Positions 9,784 through 20,820 of a stretch of DNA of 64,000 nt are shown one piece after another; position 1 is the stretch's first letter; each line of letters starts with the position of its first letter. The notes below the pieces were generated by a model that was not told the origin of the DNA, searched no databases, and saw nothing but the letters and a program-made list of their open reading frames with translations. The position numbers were made by a program, and so were the translations under genes. Where the stretch lies: positions 1 to 64,000 of the IMG/VR virus record IMGVR_UViG_3300044632_001398. One strand, written 5' to 3'. This DNA comes from a virus.

Positions 9784-11191
9784 GTTAGGTGTTATCGTAC
9801 CTTTTAGATTAAGAGATGAACATTTAAAAATCTTTATTGATAGAATAGATGTTCATCTTAAAAATCAAGGTATTGAATATGAATTAATTGTTGTTAATCA
9901 AGATTACGCAAAACAATTTAATCGTGGTATGTTACTTAACATCGGATACATGTATGCTAAGAAACTAAAATGTGATTATCTTGTGTTTCATGATGTTGAT
10001 ATGGTACCAATTGATGTTGATTATTCATATTCTGACGTTCCATTACATTTAGCAACATCATTTATTGATGATGAAAAAAATGAAACTGGATTATCTTTTG
10101 ATACGTACTTTGGAGGAGTCACTATGTTTCCAATAGAGTTGTTTGAAAAAATTAATGGATACTCTAACAAGTATTGGGGATGGGGGTATGAAGACGACGA
10201 TTTGTTATTTAGATGCGTACAGAAAGACGTACCTCTTGATGTTTTAAAATATAAAAACCAAGGAAGAAAAGGTAAAACACTTAGATTCTATGGAAAAAAT
10301 TCTAAAATAATATCAGATAATACAATTGATTTTAATTCAAGTGCGACATTTTTTATTAATTTTTATCCTGATGATTTAGAATGTAATCATTTAAGAAAAT
10401 CAGATGAATTTACGGTTTTTAGTGTTCCAGGTTATGATTTTGCAATTTGTTATAATTCATTTTCAAGATATAACTTCGCAGCATTTGATTACAAACAAAA
10501 TGTTCTTTATGTTAACTCTAATATTAAAACAAATTATAGAACTAACATTACAGTTACATTAGATAGATTAGATAATATAATTAAAGTTTACCAAGACGGA
10601 GAATTTATTGGAGAAACAGAACCATTTAAGAAACTTCATTTTTATAAGAAGGAACCTAAATTTTATTTGGGAGTCGGTAAACCTGATAGAGAAGGATTAC
10701 AAAATTATTATAGAGGATCAATTGATACATTTGCATATTTTGACACTATTTTAACTGAAGACGAAGTTAAAGAAATATCAACAAATTCAAATGAAGTTTT
10801 GACAAAAGATTTCGGTGATTATCAATCATCAAGTTCGTTAAAAATATATTATGATGCAAATTACGTAAGAAATTATAAATTGATTGACTTATCAGGTAAT
10901 CATAATGATGGTATTATTAAAGATTGTGGTGTTGAAAATGTCATCAACGAAGAATTCAAAGAAATAAAAGTACCATTTAGAAGACAATGTAAATTTGAAT
11001 TATTAAAACATGAGGCAAATGGTTTCGTTAATAATCAATGGAAAGATGATGCAACAAGATGGAATCAATTGAGATTTTATAATGAGGTATATAAAAATAA
11101 AATAATGGACGACGGTTTATCTGATTTGAAATTTAAAGAACACGGTAAACACAGAGTAAAAAATATTTTAGAAGTTAATATTGGTCTATGA
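9764..11191 (+). CDS. GT7 (beta-1,4-galactosyltransferase-like) with inserted LamG-like domain
   Basis: IVPFR, FNRGMLLNIG, FHDVD, YFGGV, NGYSNKYWGWGYEDDD; about 250-aa LamG-like insert; GT7 tail DDGLSDL. Confidence 0.85.
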   Translation: MSQISHKLGVIVPFRLRDEHLKIFIDRIDVHLKNQGIEYELIVVNQDYAKQFNRGMLLNIGYMYAKKLKCDYLVFHDVDMVPIDVDYSYSDVPLHLATSFIDDEKNETGLSFDTYFGGVTMFPIELFEKINGYSNKYWGWGYEDDDLLFRCVQKDVPLDVLKYKNQGRKGKTLRFYGKNSKIISDNTIDFNSSATFFINFYPDDLECNHLRKSDEFTVFSVPGYDFAICYNSFSRYNFAAFDYKQNVLYVNSNIKTNYRTNITVTLDRLDNIIKVYQDGEFIGETEPFKKLHFYKKEPKFYLGVGKPDREGLQNYYRGSIDTFAYFDTILTEDEVKEISTNSNEVLTKDFGDYQSSSSLKIYYDANYVRNYKLIDLSGNHNDGIIKDCGVENVINEEFKEIKVPFRRQCKFELLKHEANGFVNNQWKDDATRWNQLRFYNEVYKNKIMDDGLSDLKFKEHGKHRVKNILEVNIGL

Positions 11192-12612
11192 GTCATAAGT
11201 TAGGTATATGTATTCCATATAGGAATAGAAAAGAACATATTGAGAGATTAATTCCTCATTTATCTGAATATCTGACAAAAAATGGTATTGAACATAAATT
11301 CTATGTAGGTCATCAAGTAGATGATAAGTTATTTAATAGAGGAGGTATGAAGAATATTGCCGCTCATTATGCGTTTGAAGATGGGTGTGATTATGTGGCT
11401 TGGCATGATGTGGATATGTTAGCGGAAGATAAAGATAATCTAATATGTGACTATTCCTATCCTGAAAAAACACCAATACATATTGCAACAAAATTATCAA
11501 AATACAATTACGGTTTAGGATACGACCAATACTTCGGAGGTGTTGTTTTATTTACAAAAGAACAGGCATATCAAACAAATGGATACTCAAATGATTATTG
11601 GGATTGGGGTCAGGAAGACGATGATTTATTTTATAGATGTTTTTTTGAAAATTATACCACAGGTCGTATTTTCAAATCATATAATAATAAAATGGTTGCC
11701 GATTTTAATGGAGACAATTCGGCAATGTTATTACCTACAACAAAAGAGGTTAGTAATTGTTTGACTAAAAATCACACAATATCAGTTTTATTTAAAGCGG
11801 AACAACAACCTGAAAAGGTACCAATTTTTTTAGTGGGTGACCAAGAAAAAAAATATGTTGAGTTTCCCATTTTAAGAAAACATAATTCTTGGACTTGGGG
11901 ATTATCATTTAATAATTCACGAACTGTTAATATGACGGTGTTTGATATGTTTAGTAAGTACCATAATAATTGGGCTAAGAAACATGAAAGTGAATGGACA
12001 TGGGTAACAATTTCATATAATCAAAGGACTAAGGAGATGTACTTTTATATAAACGATGAACTTGTTACTAATCAAAATGGAATTAAAGAAAATAAACCAT
12101 TTTTAATTGAAGACACATTAAAAAAACATACATTTACTGACCCTTTTATTTTAGGATATTGTTCAAATCAATTGAATTTTTTCAAAGGTAAAATTGCTGA
12201 TGTTAAAATATACAATAAATTTTTTGAAGACATAGAAGAAGTTTTCAATGATGATAATGAACCAATACTAAAGTTGGATTTAACACAAGAATATCAATCA
12301 GATAACGTTGAAATTACAACTGAAGATATTGAAGTAATAGAAAATATCATACCAATTAGAAAGGAAGGTAATTTCTATTGTATGCATCATGAAGATGAAG
12401 GTTTTATTAATGGTAATTGGAAAAAAGGAGAAACCACAGCTAAAAATGAAAAAAGATTTGTTACTGAAATGCAACAAAGAAAAATAGATTATAAACAAGA
12501 TGGATTAAAACAAATATTGGAAGTATTGGATGTTGATAGTGTTGATGAATCGTTATATCCAAACACAATGTTTATTAATTGTAAAATGAGAAAAGATGTT
12601 AGTAGAATATAA
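11188..12612 (+). CDS. GT7 paralog with inserted LamG-like domain
   Basis: IPYRNR, FNRG, WHDVD, YFGGV, NGYSNDYWDWGQEDDD; insert with FKGKIADVKIYN; tail QDGL. Confidence 0.85.
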   Translation: MSHKLGICIPYRNRKEHIERLIPHLSEYLTKNGIEHKFYVGHQVDDKLFNRGGMKNIAAHYAFEDGCDYVAWHDVDMLAEDKDNLICDYSYPEKTPIHIATKLSKYNYGLGYDQYFGGVVLFTKEQAYQTNGYSNDYWDWGQEDDDLFYRCFFENYTTGRIFKSYNNKMVADFNGDNSAMLLPTTKEVSNCLTKNHTISVLFKAEQQPEKVPIFLVGDQEKKYVEFPILRKHNSWTWGLSFNNSRTVNMTVFDMFSKYHNNWAKKHESEWTWVTISYNQRTKEMYFYINDELVTNQNGIKENKPFLIEDTLKKHTFTDPFILGYCSNQLNFFKGKIADVKIYNKFFEDIEEVFNDDNEPILKLDLTQEYQSDNVEITTEDIEVIENIIPIRKEGNFYCMHHEDEGFINGNWKKGETTAKNEKRFVTEMQQRKIDYKQDGLKQILEVLDVDSVDESLYPNTMFINCKMRKDVSRI

Positions 12613-15391
12613 AAAACCGTGGTTGTTGGAATTACTTAGAGACGATAAACCTGAGTATAAAAATCCAATGGTTTCGGAAAGTACAACAATTACTATTGAG
12701 TTTAAAGTTGAGAAACTACATGAAGATAGTGATAAGATTGGTTTTATAGGTATGCCAGGTAAAAACTTTGGTATTAGTTATGATTATGAGGTTGATACCT
12801 TCGTATTTGAATATTGGACCAAAGGTAAAGATGGTAAAGATAAGTTTCATTGTTATAAAGACTTTCATATCAATCAAAATGATATTGAAAACGGAATGAT
12901 AATAACTATTCAATATGACAAAGAGAAAATGAATTTTACTTTGTTCCACAATTTTATCCCATTCTTTGAAGTAGATTTAGAATACCCATTAATAGACGAT
13001 TACACAAATCAAGCATTATTCTTTGGTGCACATAATCCAGATACTGAACAAGTAAGACATAGATGTTTTACTGAGATGGAAATGATGCATTTTAGTATTT
13101 TTAATGGTGTTGAGGATATAGATGTTGTTGAAAAATTTTATAGTAATAAGAAAAATAGAACAGATAGTTTAATTTGTTATTTTGATTTCAAGGAAAAGTA
13201 TTTGGTGTATAATAAGAACTATTCTTACAACTTAATACAACATCAAAAAATTAAGTTGGTTAAAATTATTATGGACGATTTAAACATTAGTTTATCCGAT
13301 AGGATTAGATTACAGAAAAATAAATTACCAGGTTTAAAAATAGATTATAAGCAACCATATTTTTTGAGTACAGAAAATGATACTAATATTTTAATGAATA
13401 GGAGTTTTACTCTGAATAGTACATTTAAGGTTGAGAGAGAATTTCAACAAGATCAAAAAATTGGGTTTATAGGTATACCAGGTAAAAACTTTGGTATTAG
13501 TTACGATTATGAAGTAGATAAATTTGTTTTTGAATTTTGGACACAAAAGTCCGAAGAAGAATTTGAATTCCACTGTCATAAGGATTACAAATTAAATGTG
13601 AATGATTTACATAATGGAATAACAATTTCAATTGTCTATGAAAAGAACTCACATTTTGAACTTTACCACAACTACAATTTAATTGATAGGATAGAGGTAA
13701 AAGATGACTTACTAATTGATTACGCATTTCAACCATTATATTTCGGATGTCACCATCCAAGTTCACTATTAGAAACTCACAGATGTTTTACCGAAATTGA
13801 ATTTAATCACTTTGCAGTTTATGACGGTGTTATGGATATTGTTGAGTTAGAGAAACAACCAAAAAGTGATAACTGTTTAACTTATTTTAATTTTAAGAAA
13901 AATGATAAAAATGATAATATAAAAGATAGTTTAAATAAATTAACATCATTGAAAATTGTTGATTTAAATGACTATAAGAAAATGACTGACTATAGTATCA
14001 CTAAAGATAAATTAGATTCCGTTGGTTGTGGTTTTTGTTTAGCTAAATGGACACAAGTGACGATGCATTTACATAACGGAACAACACACTCATGTCATCA
14101 CCCTGAACCACATAAAGTTGGTTTAGATGAGATTAAAAGAAATCCAACGGCATTACATAATAGTAAACATAAGAAACAAGCAAGACGTGAAATGTTGGAA
14201 AATAAAAGACCAACAGAATGTAACTATTGTTGGAAAGTTGAAGATAATTCTGATTCTTTTTCTGATAGAGTTTTTAAATCTTCAGAACCATGGTCAGAAC
14301 CTCACTTTGATGAAATTAAAGAATCAAATTGGAGAGACGATTTTAATCCAAAATATGTTGAGGTGAATTTCTCTAATACATGTAATTTTAAATGTGCATA
14401 TTGTGGCCCTGAGTACTCCACAAAATGGATGGAAGAAGTCAAAGAGTTTGGTGCTTATCAATTATCATATGAATTTAATGGAATGAAAAGAATGGAAGAT
14501 AGAGATACCGTTCCATATAAACAAACTGAAGAAAATCCATATGTTGAGGCGTTTTGGGAATGGTTTCCTGAACTATACGATAGTTTAGATACGTTCAGAA
14601 TAACGGGAGGAGAACCATTATTGTCAAAAGATACTTGGAAAGTTTTAGACCACATTATTGATAACGAAACACCAAATAGAAACCTTAAATTATCAATTAA
14701 TACCAACTTAGGTGTTCCTGATGAATTAATTGATAAACTAATTGTTAAGTTAGATAAAATTATAAGTGAAGAGAGAGTTAAAGAGGTGGTTTTATTTACA
14801 TCTTGTGATGCGTACGGTAAACAAGCTGAGTATGTTAGATATGGTTTAGAATTTGATAGATTATTTAATAACATTGATAAGATACTTTTAACCTTACCTA
14901 AAGTAAGTATCGTTATTATGTCAACCTTCAATATCTTTAGTATATTTTCATATGAACAACTTGTTAAGAAAGTATATGAATTTAAGAAGAAACATTTCAA
15001 TCCTGATAGATATTGGAACTCAGCATTAATTTTAGACACGTCATACTTACGATATCCAGATTTCTTAGGATATAGATTATTGAAAGGTTATATCGGAGAA
15101 GAATATTTCACAAGAATTGAAAAGTTTATGAAATTCAATTCAACCTATAGAAGTTTGAATTCATATCAGGCTGAGTTACCTGAAGATGTTGGTTTTTCAA
15201 TGAAAGAAATTGAAAAAATTATAAGAATTAAGGACATATTTGTGACGGATGATATTAATTATGACAGACAAAAAGTTGATTTTGTTAACTTCATAAAACA
15301 ATATGAATTTAGACGAGGTATGAGATGTGAAGATTATCACCCCGAGTTAATTTCATTCATTAAAAAAATTAAACATGATAATAAATTATAA
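12596..15391 (+). CDS. Twitch-type radical SAM enzyme with two N-terminal LamG-like repeats
   Basis: FCLAKW..SCHH..ECNYCW (N-terminal twitch-like), CNFKCAYC, TGGEP; duplicated IGFIG.PGKNFGISYDYEVD.FVFE.WT domain. Confidence 0.85.
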   Translation: MLVEYKKPWLLELLRDDKPEYKNPMVSESTTITIEFKVEKLHEDSDKIGFIGMPGKNFGISYDYEVDTFVFEYWTKGKDGKDKFHCYKDFHINQNDIENGMIITIQYDKEKMNFTLFHNFIPFFEVDLEYPLIDDYTNQALFFGAHNPDTEQVRHRCFTEMEMMHFSIFNGVEDIDVVEKFYSNKKNRTDSLICYFDFKEKYLVYNKNYSYNLIQHQKIKLVKIIMDDLNISLSDRIRLQKNKLPGLKIDYKQPYFLSTENDTNILMNRSFTLNSTFKVEREFQQDQKIGFIGIPGKNFGISYDYEVDKFVFEFWTQKSEEEFEFHCHKDYKLNVNDLHNGITISIVYEKNSHFELYHNYNLIDRIEVKDDLLIDYAFQPLYFGCHHPSSLLETHRCFTEIEFNHFAVYDGVMDIVELEKQPKSDNCLTYFNFKKNDKNDNIKDSLNKLTSLKIVDLNDYKKMTDYSITKDKLDSVGCGFCLAKWTQVTMHLHNGTTHSCHHPEPHKVGLDEIKRNPTALHNSKHKKQARREMLENKRPTECNYCWKVEDNSDSFSDRVFKSSEPWSEPHFDEIKESNWRDDFNPKYVEVNFSNTCNFKCAYCGPEYSTKWMEEVKEFGAYQLSYEFNGMKRMEDRDTVPYKQTEENPYVEAFWEWFPELYDSLDTFRITGGEPLLSKDTWKVLDHIIDNETPNRNLKLSINTNLGVPDELIDKLIVKLDKIISEERVKEVVLFTSCDAYGKQAEYVRYGLEFDRLFNNIDKILLTLPKVSIVIMSTFNIFSIFSYEQLVKKVYEFKKKHFNPDRYWNSALILDTSYLRYPDFLGYRLLKGYIGEEYFTRIEKFMKFNSTYRSLNSYQAELPEDVGFSMKEIEKIIRIKDIFVTDDINYDRQKVDFVNFIKQYEFRRGMRCEDYHPELISFIKKIKHDNKL

Positions 15392-16115
15392 AGAACCTTA
15401 TTGGATGAAGTTTAGATGGGATATGTCATCTCATCACGAACATCAATATGTTACTGAGTTTAATAAATTCAATAATGATACATTGAATGAATTCTTATTT
15501 GAGAAGAATTTTATCATAACCTGTGAATTTAAAATTGAAAAGAATTTTAAAAGAGATGAAATATGTATGTTATACGGTAAACCAGGTAAAAACATGGGAC
15601 TATCATATAATTCAACTACTATGACAACTGCGTTTGAATTTTGGACCTCCACAGGTGAACCTGAAGATACATTTAATATGTGTACCTTTCAAACTGTAAC
15701 AGAACAAGATATTGAAGAAGGTGTTATTTTATCGGTTGTTAGAAAGGATAATGAAATAATTCTTTATCAAAATTTTAAAAAAGTAAATAACCTTGTATTT
15801 GACGGTGAATTTATTGAAGATTATAAAGTACCTGGTCTTTTTATAGGATGTTCAAGTCCTGAATGTGAATTTGAAAAACAAAGATATTATTGTGAAGTGG
15901 ATATGAAACATTTATCAATAATCATTAACACATCAAACATAAACGACATAAGGGAACTTTATAATGTTGATATGAATAAAATATTAACTAAAACAAGTTA
16001 TAATGATATTTTATGTTTATATGACTTTGAAAGCGTTAATAATCTTGGGATTATTTATGATGAATCAAAAAACACTAATTTTTTAGAGAAAGTACCTAAA
16101 GAATTCGTAAAGTGA
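15375..16115 (+). CDS. Stand-alone copy of the LamG-like domain fused to the upstream radical SAM
   Basis: YKEPY, G.PGKNMGLSY, FEFWT, LFIGC, RYYCE match the repeats in ORF 12596. Confidence 0.7.
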   Translation: MIINYKEPYWMKFRWDMSSHHEHQYVTEFNKFNNDTLNEFLFEKNFIITCEFKIEKNFKRDEICMLYGKPGKNMGLSYNSTTMTTAFEFWTSTGEPEDTFNMCTFQTVTEQDIEEGVILSVVRKDNEIILYQNFKKVNNLVFDGEFIEDYKVPGLFIGCSSPECEFEKQRYYCEVDMKHLSIIINTSNINDIRELYNVDMNKILTKTSYNDILCLYDFESVNNLGIIYDESKNTNFLEKVPKEFVK

Positions 16116-16149
16116 TAAAAATTAATTATATTATATTAAATAACAAAAT

Positions 16150-17601
16150 ATGTCAGAAGAACTAAGTAATTGGAGAGATAAAAATTTAAATTCGGTAAGT
16201 TGTAGTTTTTGTGCGGCTAAGTGGTTGAACGTAAGTTTACATTTAGGTCATGGTTTCACAAACTCATGTCACTTACCATTACCACATCCTATTGATGTTG
16301 AAGAGATTAAAACAAATCCCGCCGCATTACACAATACACAATTTAAGAAAGAAATAAGAAAAATGATGTTGGAAGGTGTTAAACCTGCCGAATGTAACTA
16401 TTGTTGGAAAATGGAGGACATCGGTAGAAATAATATATCTGACCGTGTATTCAAAAGTATTATTTATTCAGAAGAAGAAATTGCAAAATTAAAAGACTTA
16501 CCATGGGATGCTGATATCACACCAAGAACAATTGAGGTAAGTTTTGATAGAACATGTAATTTTGCTTGTTCATACTGTAATTCAGGTTATTCAACAACGT
16601 GGGGTAAGGATATTAAAAACAACGGAGCGTATCAAAACTTTAAAACACAAAGTGCCGGAGCATATTACGCTGACGGGTCTTGGTCTGAAGTTTATGGTAA
16701 GTACAATGAGAATAATCCATATGTTGATGCATTCTTAAAATGGTGGCCTGAATTGTCAAAAACTTTGATGGAAATACGTGTTACTGGTGGAGAACCATCA
16801 CAAAGTATGAACTTTTGGCAATTTATGGATGTTGTAAAACAAAATCCATCACCTAATTTACGTCTTGCGGTCAATTCTAACCTAGGTCTTAATGAAACGA
16901 CTGTGAATAGGTTAATTAATATATCTCACGAATTAGATATCAAAGAATTTGATTTGTACACATCTAACGAATCTTATGGTGAACATGCTGAATATATTAG
17001 AGATGGTTTAAAATATGATTTATGGAGAGCTAATTTAGTTAGAGTTATTGAAGAGGCTAAAATTAGACAAGTTGTTATTATGATGACAATTAATAGTTTA
17101 TGTTTATTCAGTATTACGGAGTTTTTAGATGATATGTTAAAGTTAAAGAAACAATATGGTGCAAATAAACCTGTTGTTGATTTTAACATATTAAGATGGC
17201 CAGCATTTATGTCTCCATTAACATTACCTGATGATATCAAAAGAGAATTACACGGTAAGTTATCAATATGGTACAGAAGACATAAAAATAATCCATTATT
17301 AAATCAAAACGAGAAGGCACAAATTCAAAGGTTAATTGATTATATTGAAGTGGTTAATAGAGGTCACGTTACAACTGAAACCGATATTGATTTACAATTC
17401 CACGACTTTAAGAGTTTTTATGTTCAGTACGATATTCGTAGAAATAAGTCGTTTGTTGACACTTTCCCTGAATTAGCGGATTGGTTTAACTCAATAGAAA
17501 TTGACCCGAATATACCCCACGTAAATGTCACTGATGGTAGAATTACACACTTTGAACCGGGTGTTTATGTTTCAGATAATTATAATAAAATAGAAGAATA
17601 A
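16150..17601 (+). CDS. Twitch-type radical SAM enzyme (paralog)
   Basis: FCAAKW..SCH..ECNYCW, CNFACSYC, TGGEP, YIRDGL. Confidence 0.9.
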   Translation: MSEELSNWRDKNLNSVSCSFCAAKWLNVSLHLGHGFTNSCHLPLPHPIDVEEIKTNPAALHNTQFKKEIRKMMLEGVKPAECNYCWKMEDIGRNNISDRVFKSIIYSEEEIAKLKDLPWDADITPRTIEVSFDRTCNFACSYCNSGYSTTWGKDIKNNGAYQNFKTQSAGAYYADGSWSEVYGKYNENNPYVDAFLKWWPELSKTLMEIRVTGGEPSQSMNFWQFMDVVKQNPSPNLRLAVNSNLGLNETTVNRLINISHELDIKEFDLYTSNESYGEHAEYIRDGLKYDLWRANLVRVIEEAKIRQVVIMMTINSLCLFSITEFLDDMLKLKKQYGANKPVVDFNILRWPAFMSPLTLPDDIKRELHGKLSIWYRRHKNNPLLNQNEKAQIQRLIDYIEVVNRGHVTTETDIDLQFHDFKSFYVQYDIRRNKSFVDTFPELADWFNSIEIDPNIPHVNVTDGRITHFEPGVYVSDNYNKIEE

Positions 17602-18887
17602 TGAATTTTCTTTTTGAGGATACAAATAGACTTTCTAATTTCACATCAAACAAAGATATAAACAAATCAGGTATACCAAGATTTGCAATATCACCTCTTT
17701 TTACATCAACACAAATATATGTTAATGCTAATGGTAAAAGTAAAGAATTTGGTATTTTTCCAGCAAGCGATGAATTAGATTCTTATGTAATAGCATCTTG
17801 TGTAAATCATAGTCCAGATGATTGGACTGGTTATGACCCAAAAGTTAAAAGTTTATTTAGTTATTTGAATGAAAAATATTTAAAAGATTTAAGAGAGAAT
17901 AGAGCATTTTTAATGTTAGATCAAAGTCTCGAAGGATATCAAACACCTTGGTTATGGGATTGGTTTCATAGTGAATGTAAACAATGGGAAATTTCACCTA
18001 AAAGAATTATTTATGTTACCGGTAACATGATTGCCGATGATGTATATAAAAATTGGTGTAATGAAAATAGAATAGAAGAAAGAATGAAGGTTATACCATA
18101 CCCACATTTTGAATTAGATATGGGTATGACAACTTGGGGTAGGAATAAAGAAAATAGTGAGAATAAATTACCAAGTTTTTCTCAGAGTATTAATTACAAA
18201 ATTCAAAATCCACATCAGTTAAAAACATACGCATGTTTAAATAAACGAATCAGACCACATAGAGTTTGGTTTTATTATTATTTATATAATTCAGGTTTAT
18301 TGAATGAAGGATTGGTTAGTATGAATGAGTTTGATAAACATTGGTATCATTGGGAAGGTAAATTTTTAGAAGATGGATTATTAGATGAATGCTCAAGTAT
18401 ATTACCATTGTTAGTTTATGAAACTCCTAATAATGTTTTAGACGATAATATATACATCAATAGATTTCCTGAACAGGTTGTAAAGGACACATTTTTCACT
18501 GTTGTTAGTGAAGCTCATTGTGGTGATTCTGATAATACAATGTTTTTAAGTGAAAAAACTTTTAAGGTAATTGGTTGCCGTCACCCATTTTTAATTATGG
18601 GAAACAAAGATAGTATGTCAATGATGAGAAAAATTGGATACAAAACTTTTGATGGATTCATAGATGAAGGATTTGATATATTACCAACACATGAAAGATT
18701 AAATTCAATTATTGAATCAATTAGGAAAACAACAATGATTAAAGATAAGATTGAATGGTATAAATCTATGGAGGATGTTATTGAATATAACTATAGTACA
18801 TTGATTGATAAGTTATTTAGATATCCGGATGCGTTTATTGAAATGAGAGATTATTGTCAAATGACCACCAAACAGAAATTACTATAA
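17601..18887 (+). CDS. GT-B/GT10-like putative glycosyltransferase (paralog family member 1)
   Basis: ACLNKRIRPHR ... VVSE...FLSEKTFK...HPFL...GYKTFD. Confidence 0.55.
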   Translation: MNFLFEDTNRLSNFTSNKDINKSGIPRFAISPLFTSTQIYVNANGKSKEFGIFPASDELDSYVIASCVNHSPDDWTGYDPKVKSLFSYLNEKYLKDLRENRAFLMLDQSLEGYQTPWLWDWFHSECKQWEISPKRIIYVTGNMIADDVYKNWCNENRIEERMKVIPYPHFELDMGMTTWGRNKENSENKLPSFSQSINYKIQNPHQLKTYACLNKRIRPHRVWFYYYLYNSGLLNEGLVSMNEFDKHWYHWEGKFLEDGLLDECSSILPLLVYETPNNVLDDNIYINRFPEQVVKDTFFTVVSEAHCGDSDNTMFLSEKTFKVIGCRHPFLIMGNKDSMSMMRKIGYKTFDGFIDEGFDILPTHERLNSIIESIRKTTMIKDKIEWYKSMEDVIEYNYSTLIDKLFRYPDAFIEMRDYCQMTTKQKLL

Positions 18888-19810
18888 TGTTCAAACATCA
18901 GAAAAGTAAAATTAATATTACTGAGGATAGTAAAATAGTGATTAGTTTAGGGGATAGTTTTACACAAGGTGAAGGTGCATGTTCAATTGATTTATGGGAA
19001 AAATATAATTGGGATTTAAAAAAAATGTCAGATAGAGAATCTAGATATGATATTGATATCTCTAATTTAGAAAATTCATGGGTTCATAAATTATGTAGTA
19101 ATCATTTGACAGATTTTATTCCGATTAATATGGGAATGACCGGTAGAGGAAATAGGGCTGCAATAAAAGAACTTTATTTACATCCTGATTTAGGTATTGA
19201 AAAGGCGAAAGAAAAGATAGTAATTTTAATGTTAACAGGTTACGAAAGAGTTGATTTTGTGTATAAAAAGTTTTTAGAACATATGCACTTTTATACATTA
19301 TGGGGTATTAGTAATTCACAACACGAACATGCGGAGTTATGGAGTTTATATAATGAACACGTTTATTCCGATAGGTCTGCAATAATTGAGTTATTAACAT
19401 CAATCGCCGAATTAAAAAACTGGTGTAAAGTTAATGATGCTAAATTAATTATAACAAGTGCATTTAGACCTGAATATGGTAGAGATTATTTCTTTAATAA
19501 AATTAGAGGTAATCATTTAGATTATATGGATGAAAGTGAAGAATATATAAATGGATTAGTAGATATTATAGATTGGGATAATTTTTTTAAACCGAAAGGT
19601 TTTAAATGTATAACCGATTATCTATTACATTTAGAAGGAAGAGAAGATTTATTTTTAGAAGAATCTGCAGCAAAGTATTATGAATTTGGATATTCACTTG
19701 AAAAATTAAGTCCTAAAGGTTATATTACAAAATGTTCACATCCAAGTTACTTGGGTCATGAGGCAATAGCAAATGTTTTATACGAACACATTAATAAAAT
19801 TAAAAATTAA
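18887..19810 (+). CDS. SGNH/GDSL-like esterase or acyltransferase
   Basis: LGDSFTQG, NMGMTGRGN, SHPS..GH; start revised to the TAATG overlap. Confidence 0.7.
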   Translation: MFKHQKSKINITEDSKIVISLGDSFTQGEGACSIDLWEKYNWDLKKMSDRESRYDIDISNLENSWVHKLCSNHLTDFIPINMGMTGRGNRAAIKELYLHPDLGIEKAKEKIVILMLTGYERVDFVYKKFLEHMHFYTLWGISNSQHEHAELWSLYNEHVYSDRSAIIELLTSIAELKNWCKVNDAKLIITSAFRPEYGRDYFFNKIRGNHLDYMDESEEYINGLVDIIDWDNFFKPKGFKCITDYLLHLEGREDLFLEESAAKYYEFGYSLEKLSPKGYITKCSHPSYLGHEAIANVLYEHINKIKN

Positions 19811-19814
19811 TATA

Positions 19815-20243
19815 ATGAGAGAAAGAAAATTTTTACCAACACTATCTGAATTACTTGATAGATTATCAATTGTACAATTAAAAGAAGTTTTTATAACTGA
19901 ACATAAAGAAGAATATGCAAAAGAAATTGCGGATATTACATATGATATACAATCAATATTAGAGGAAGAAAATGTTACAATAACTGGTGAAATGTTAAGA
20001 GCGGTTATCGTATGTGCACAGATGAATTTACATATTTGGCATAACGAGTCTAATGTAAGAAGTGGAAAAGAAGGTCCAAGTATGTTAGCATTAACACATG
20101 GATTAAATGGTATTAGAAATACAGCTAAGAATAAAATACAAGAAGTTGTAGGTGGTAGAAAAGACTATAAAATTGATTGCATTGCTGCAGATTTTAAAGA
20201 TTGGGAAGTTAGTTGGCCAAAGAAAGACCAACAAGAAGGATAA
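19815..20243 (+). CDS. Conserved hypothetical helical protein
   Basis: LPTLSELLDRLSI..LK...LHIWHNE...NGIRN..KNKI; start revised to MRERK. Confidence 0.65.
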   Translation: MRERKFLPTLSELLDRLSIVQLKEVFITEHKEEYAKEIADITYDIQSILEEENVTITGEMLRAVIVCAQMNLHIWHNESNVRSGKEGPSMLALTHGLNGIRNTAKNKIQEVVGGRKDYKIDCIAADFKDWEVSWPKKDQQEG

Positions 20244-20244
20244 T

Positions 20245-20273
20245 AAAAAAGGGACAATTATGTCCCTTTTTTT
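20245..20273. terminator. Bidirectional intrinsic terminator
   Basis: AAAAAAGGGACA-atta-TGTCCCTTTTTT between convergent genes. Confidence 0.85.
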
Positions 20274-20820
20274 ATGATTCGTAATATAACTCAGGATATT
20301 CAACTATAACATGAATACCACCTAAAGAATATGCTGACTTATATATTGTTTCAATTTCATTGTAATTTTTTAAATCCCAAAATTTAGTATTAGGACACAT
20401 GGATTTGAATTCATCAAAATAGTTTCCTCTATGTTGATGACCAGGGTCTAACGGTTTATCTGAACCTTTACCTAAACGAATAATCATATTAGGTGTCCAT
20501 TCACCCTTACTCATTAAACCAATTTTGTCCACGTGGTTAACTAACTGATTTGTTGCACATATTACAAAATCCCAACGAGGGTAGAATGTAATAACAAATT
20601 TACCGGCCATTGCCATACCTAATGACATACCCATTTGAGATTCTTCCATAACGGGAAGTTCAATTAATTTATCTTTAGGAACGTCTCCAATGGTTGTACT
20701 CATAGGATTACCGTGCCAAAGGACTTGTTGACCTATAAAAACGGTGTTTTCTTGTTGCCCAAGGTAAGTCATTGAATTAGTCAATGCGTCCTTATATGGG
20801 GTGTATTGTGGTGAACTCAT
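20272..20820 (-). CDS. ThDP enzyme beta subunit (PDH-E1beta/transketolase pyrimidine-binding domain only)
   Basis: ELPVMEESQMGMSLGMAMAG, NQLVNH, GHQH; 182 aa, lacks the C-terminal domain. Confidence 0.8.
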   Translation of the reverse strand: MSSPQYTPYKDALTNSMTYLGQQENTVFIGQQVLWHGNPMSTTIGDVPKDKLIELPVMEESQMGMSLGMAMAGKFVITFYPRWDFVICATNQLVNHVDKIGLMSKGEWTPNMIIRLGKGSDKPLDPGHQHRGNYFDEFKSMCPNTKFWDLKNYNEIETIYKSAYSLGGIHVIVEYPELYYES

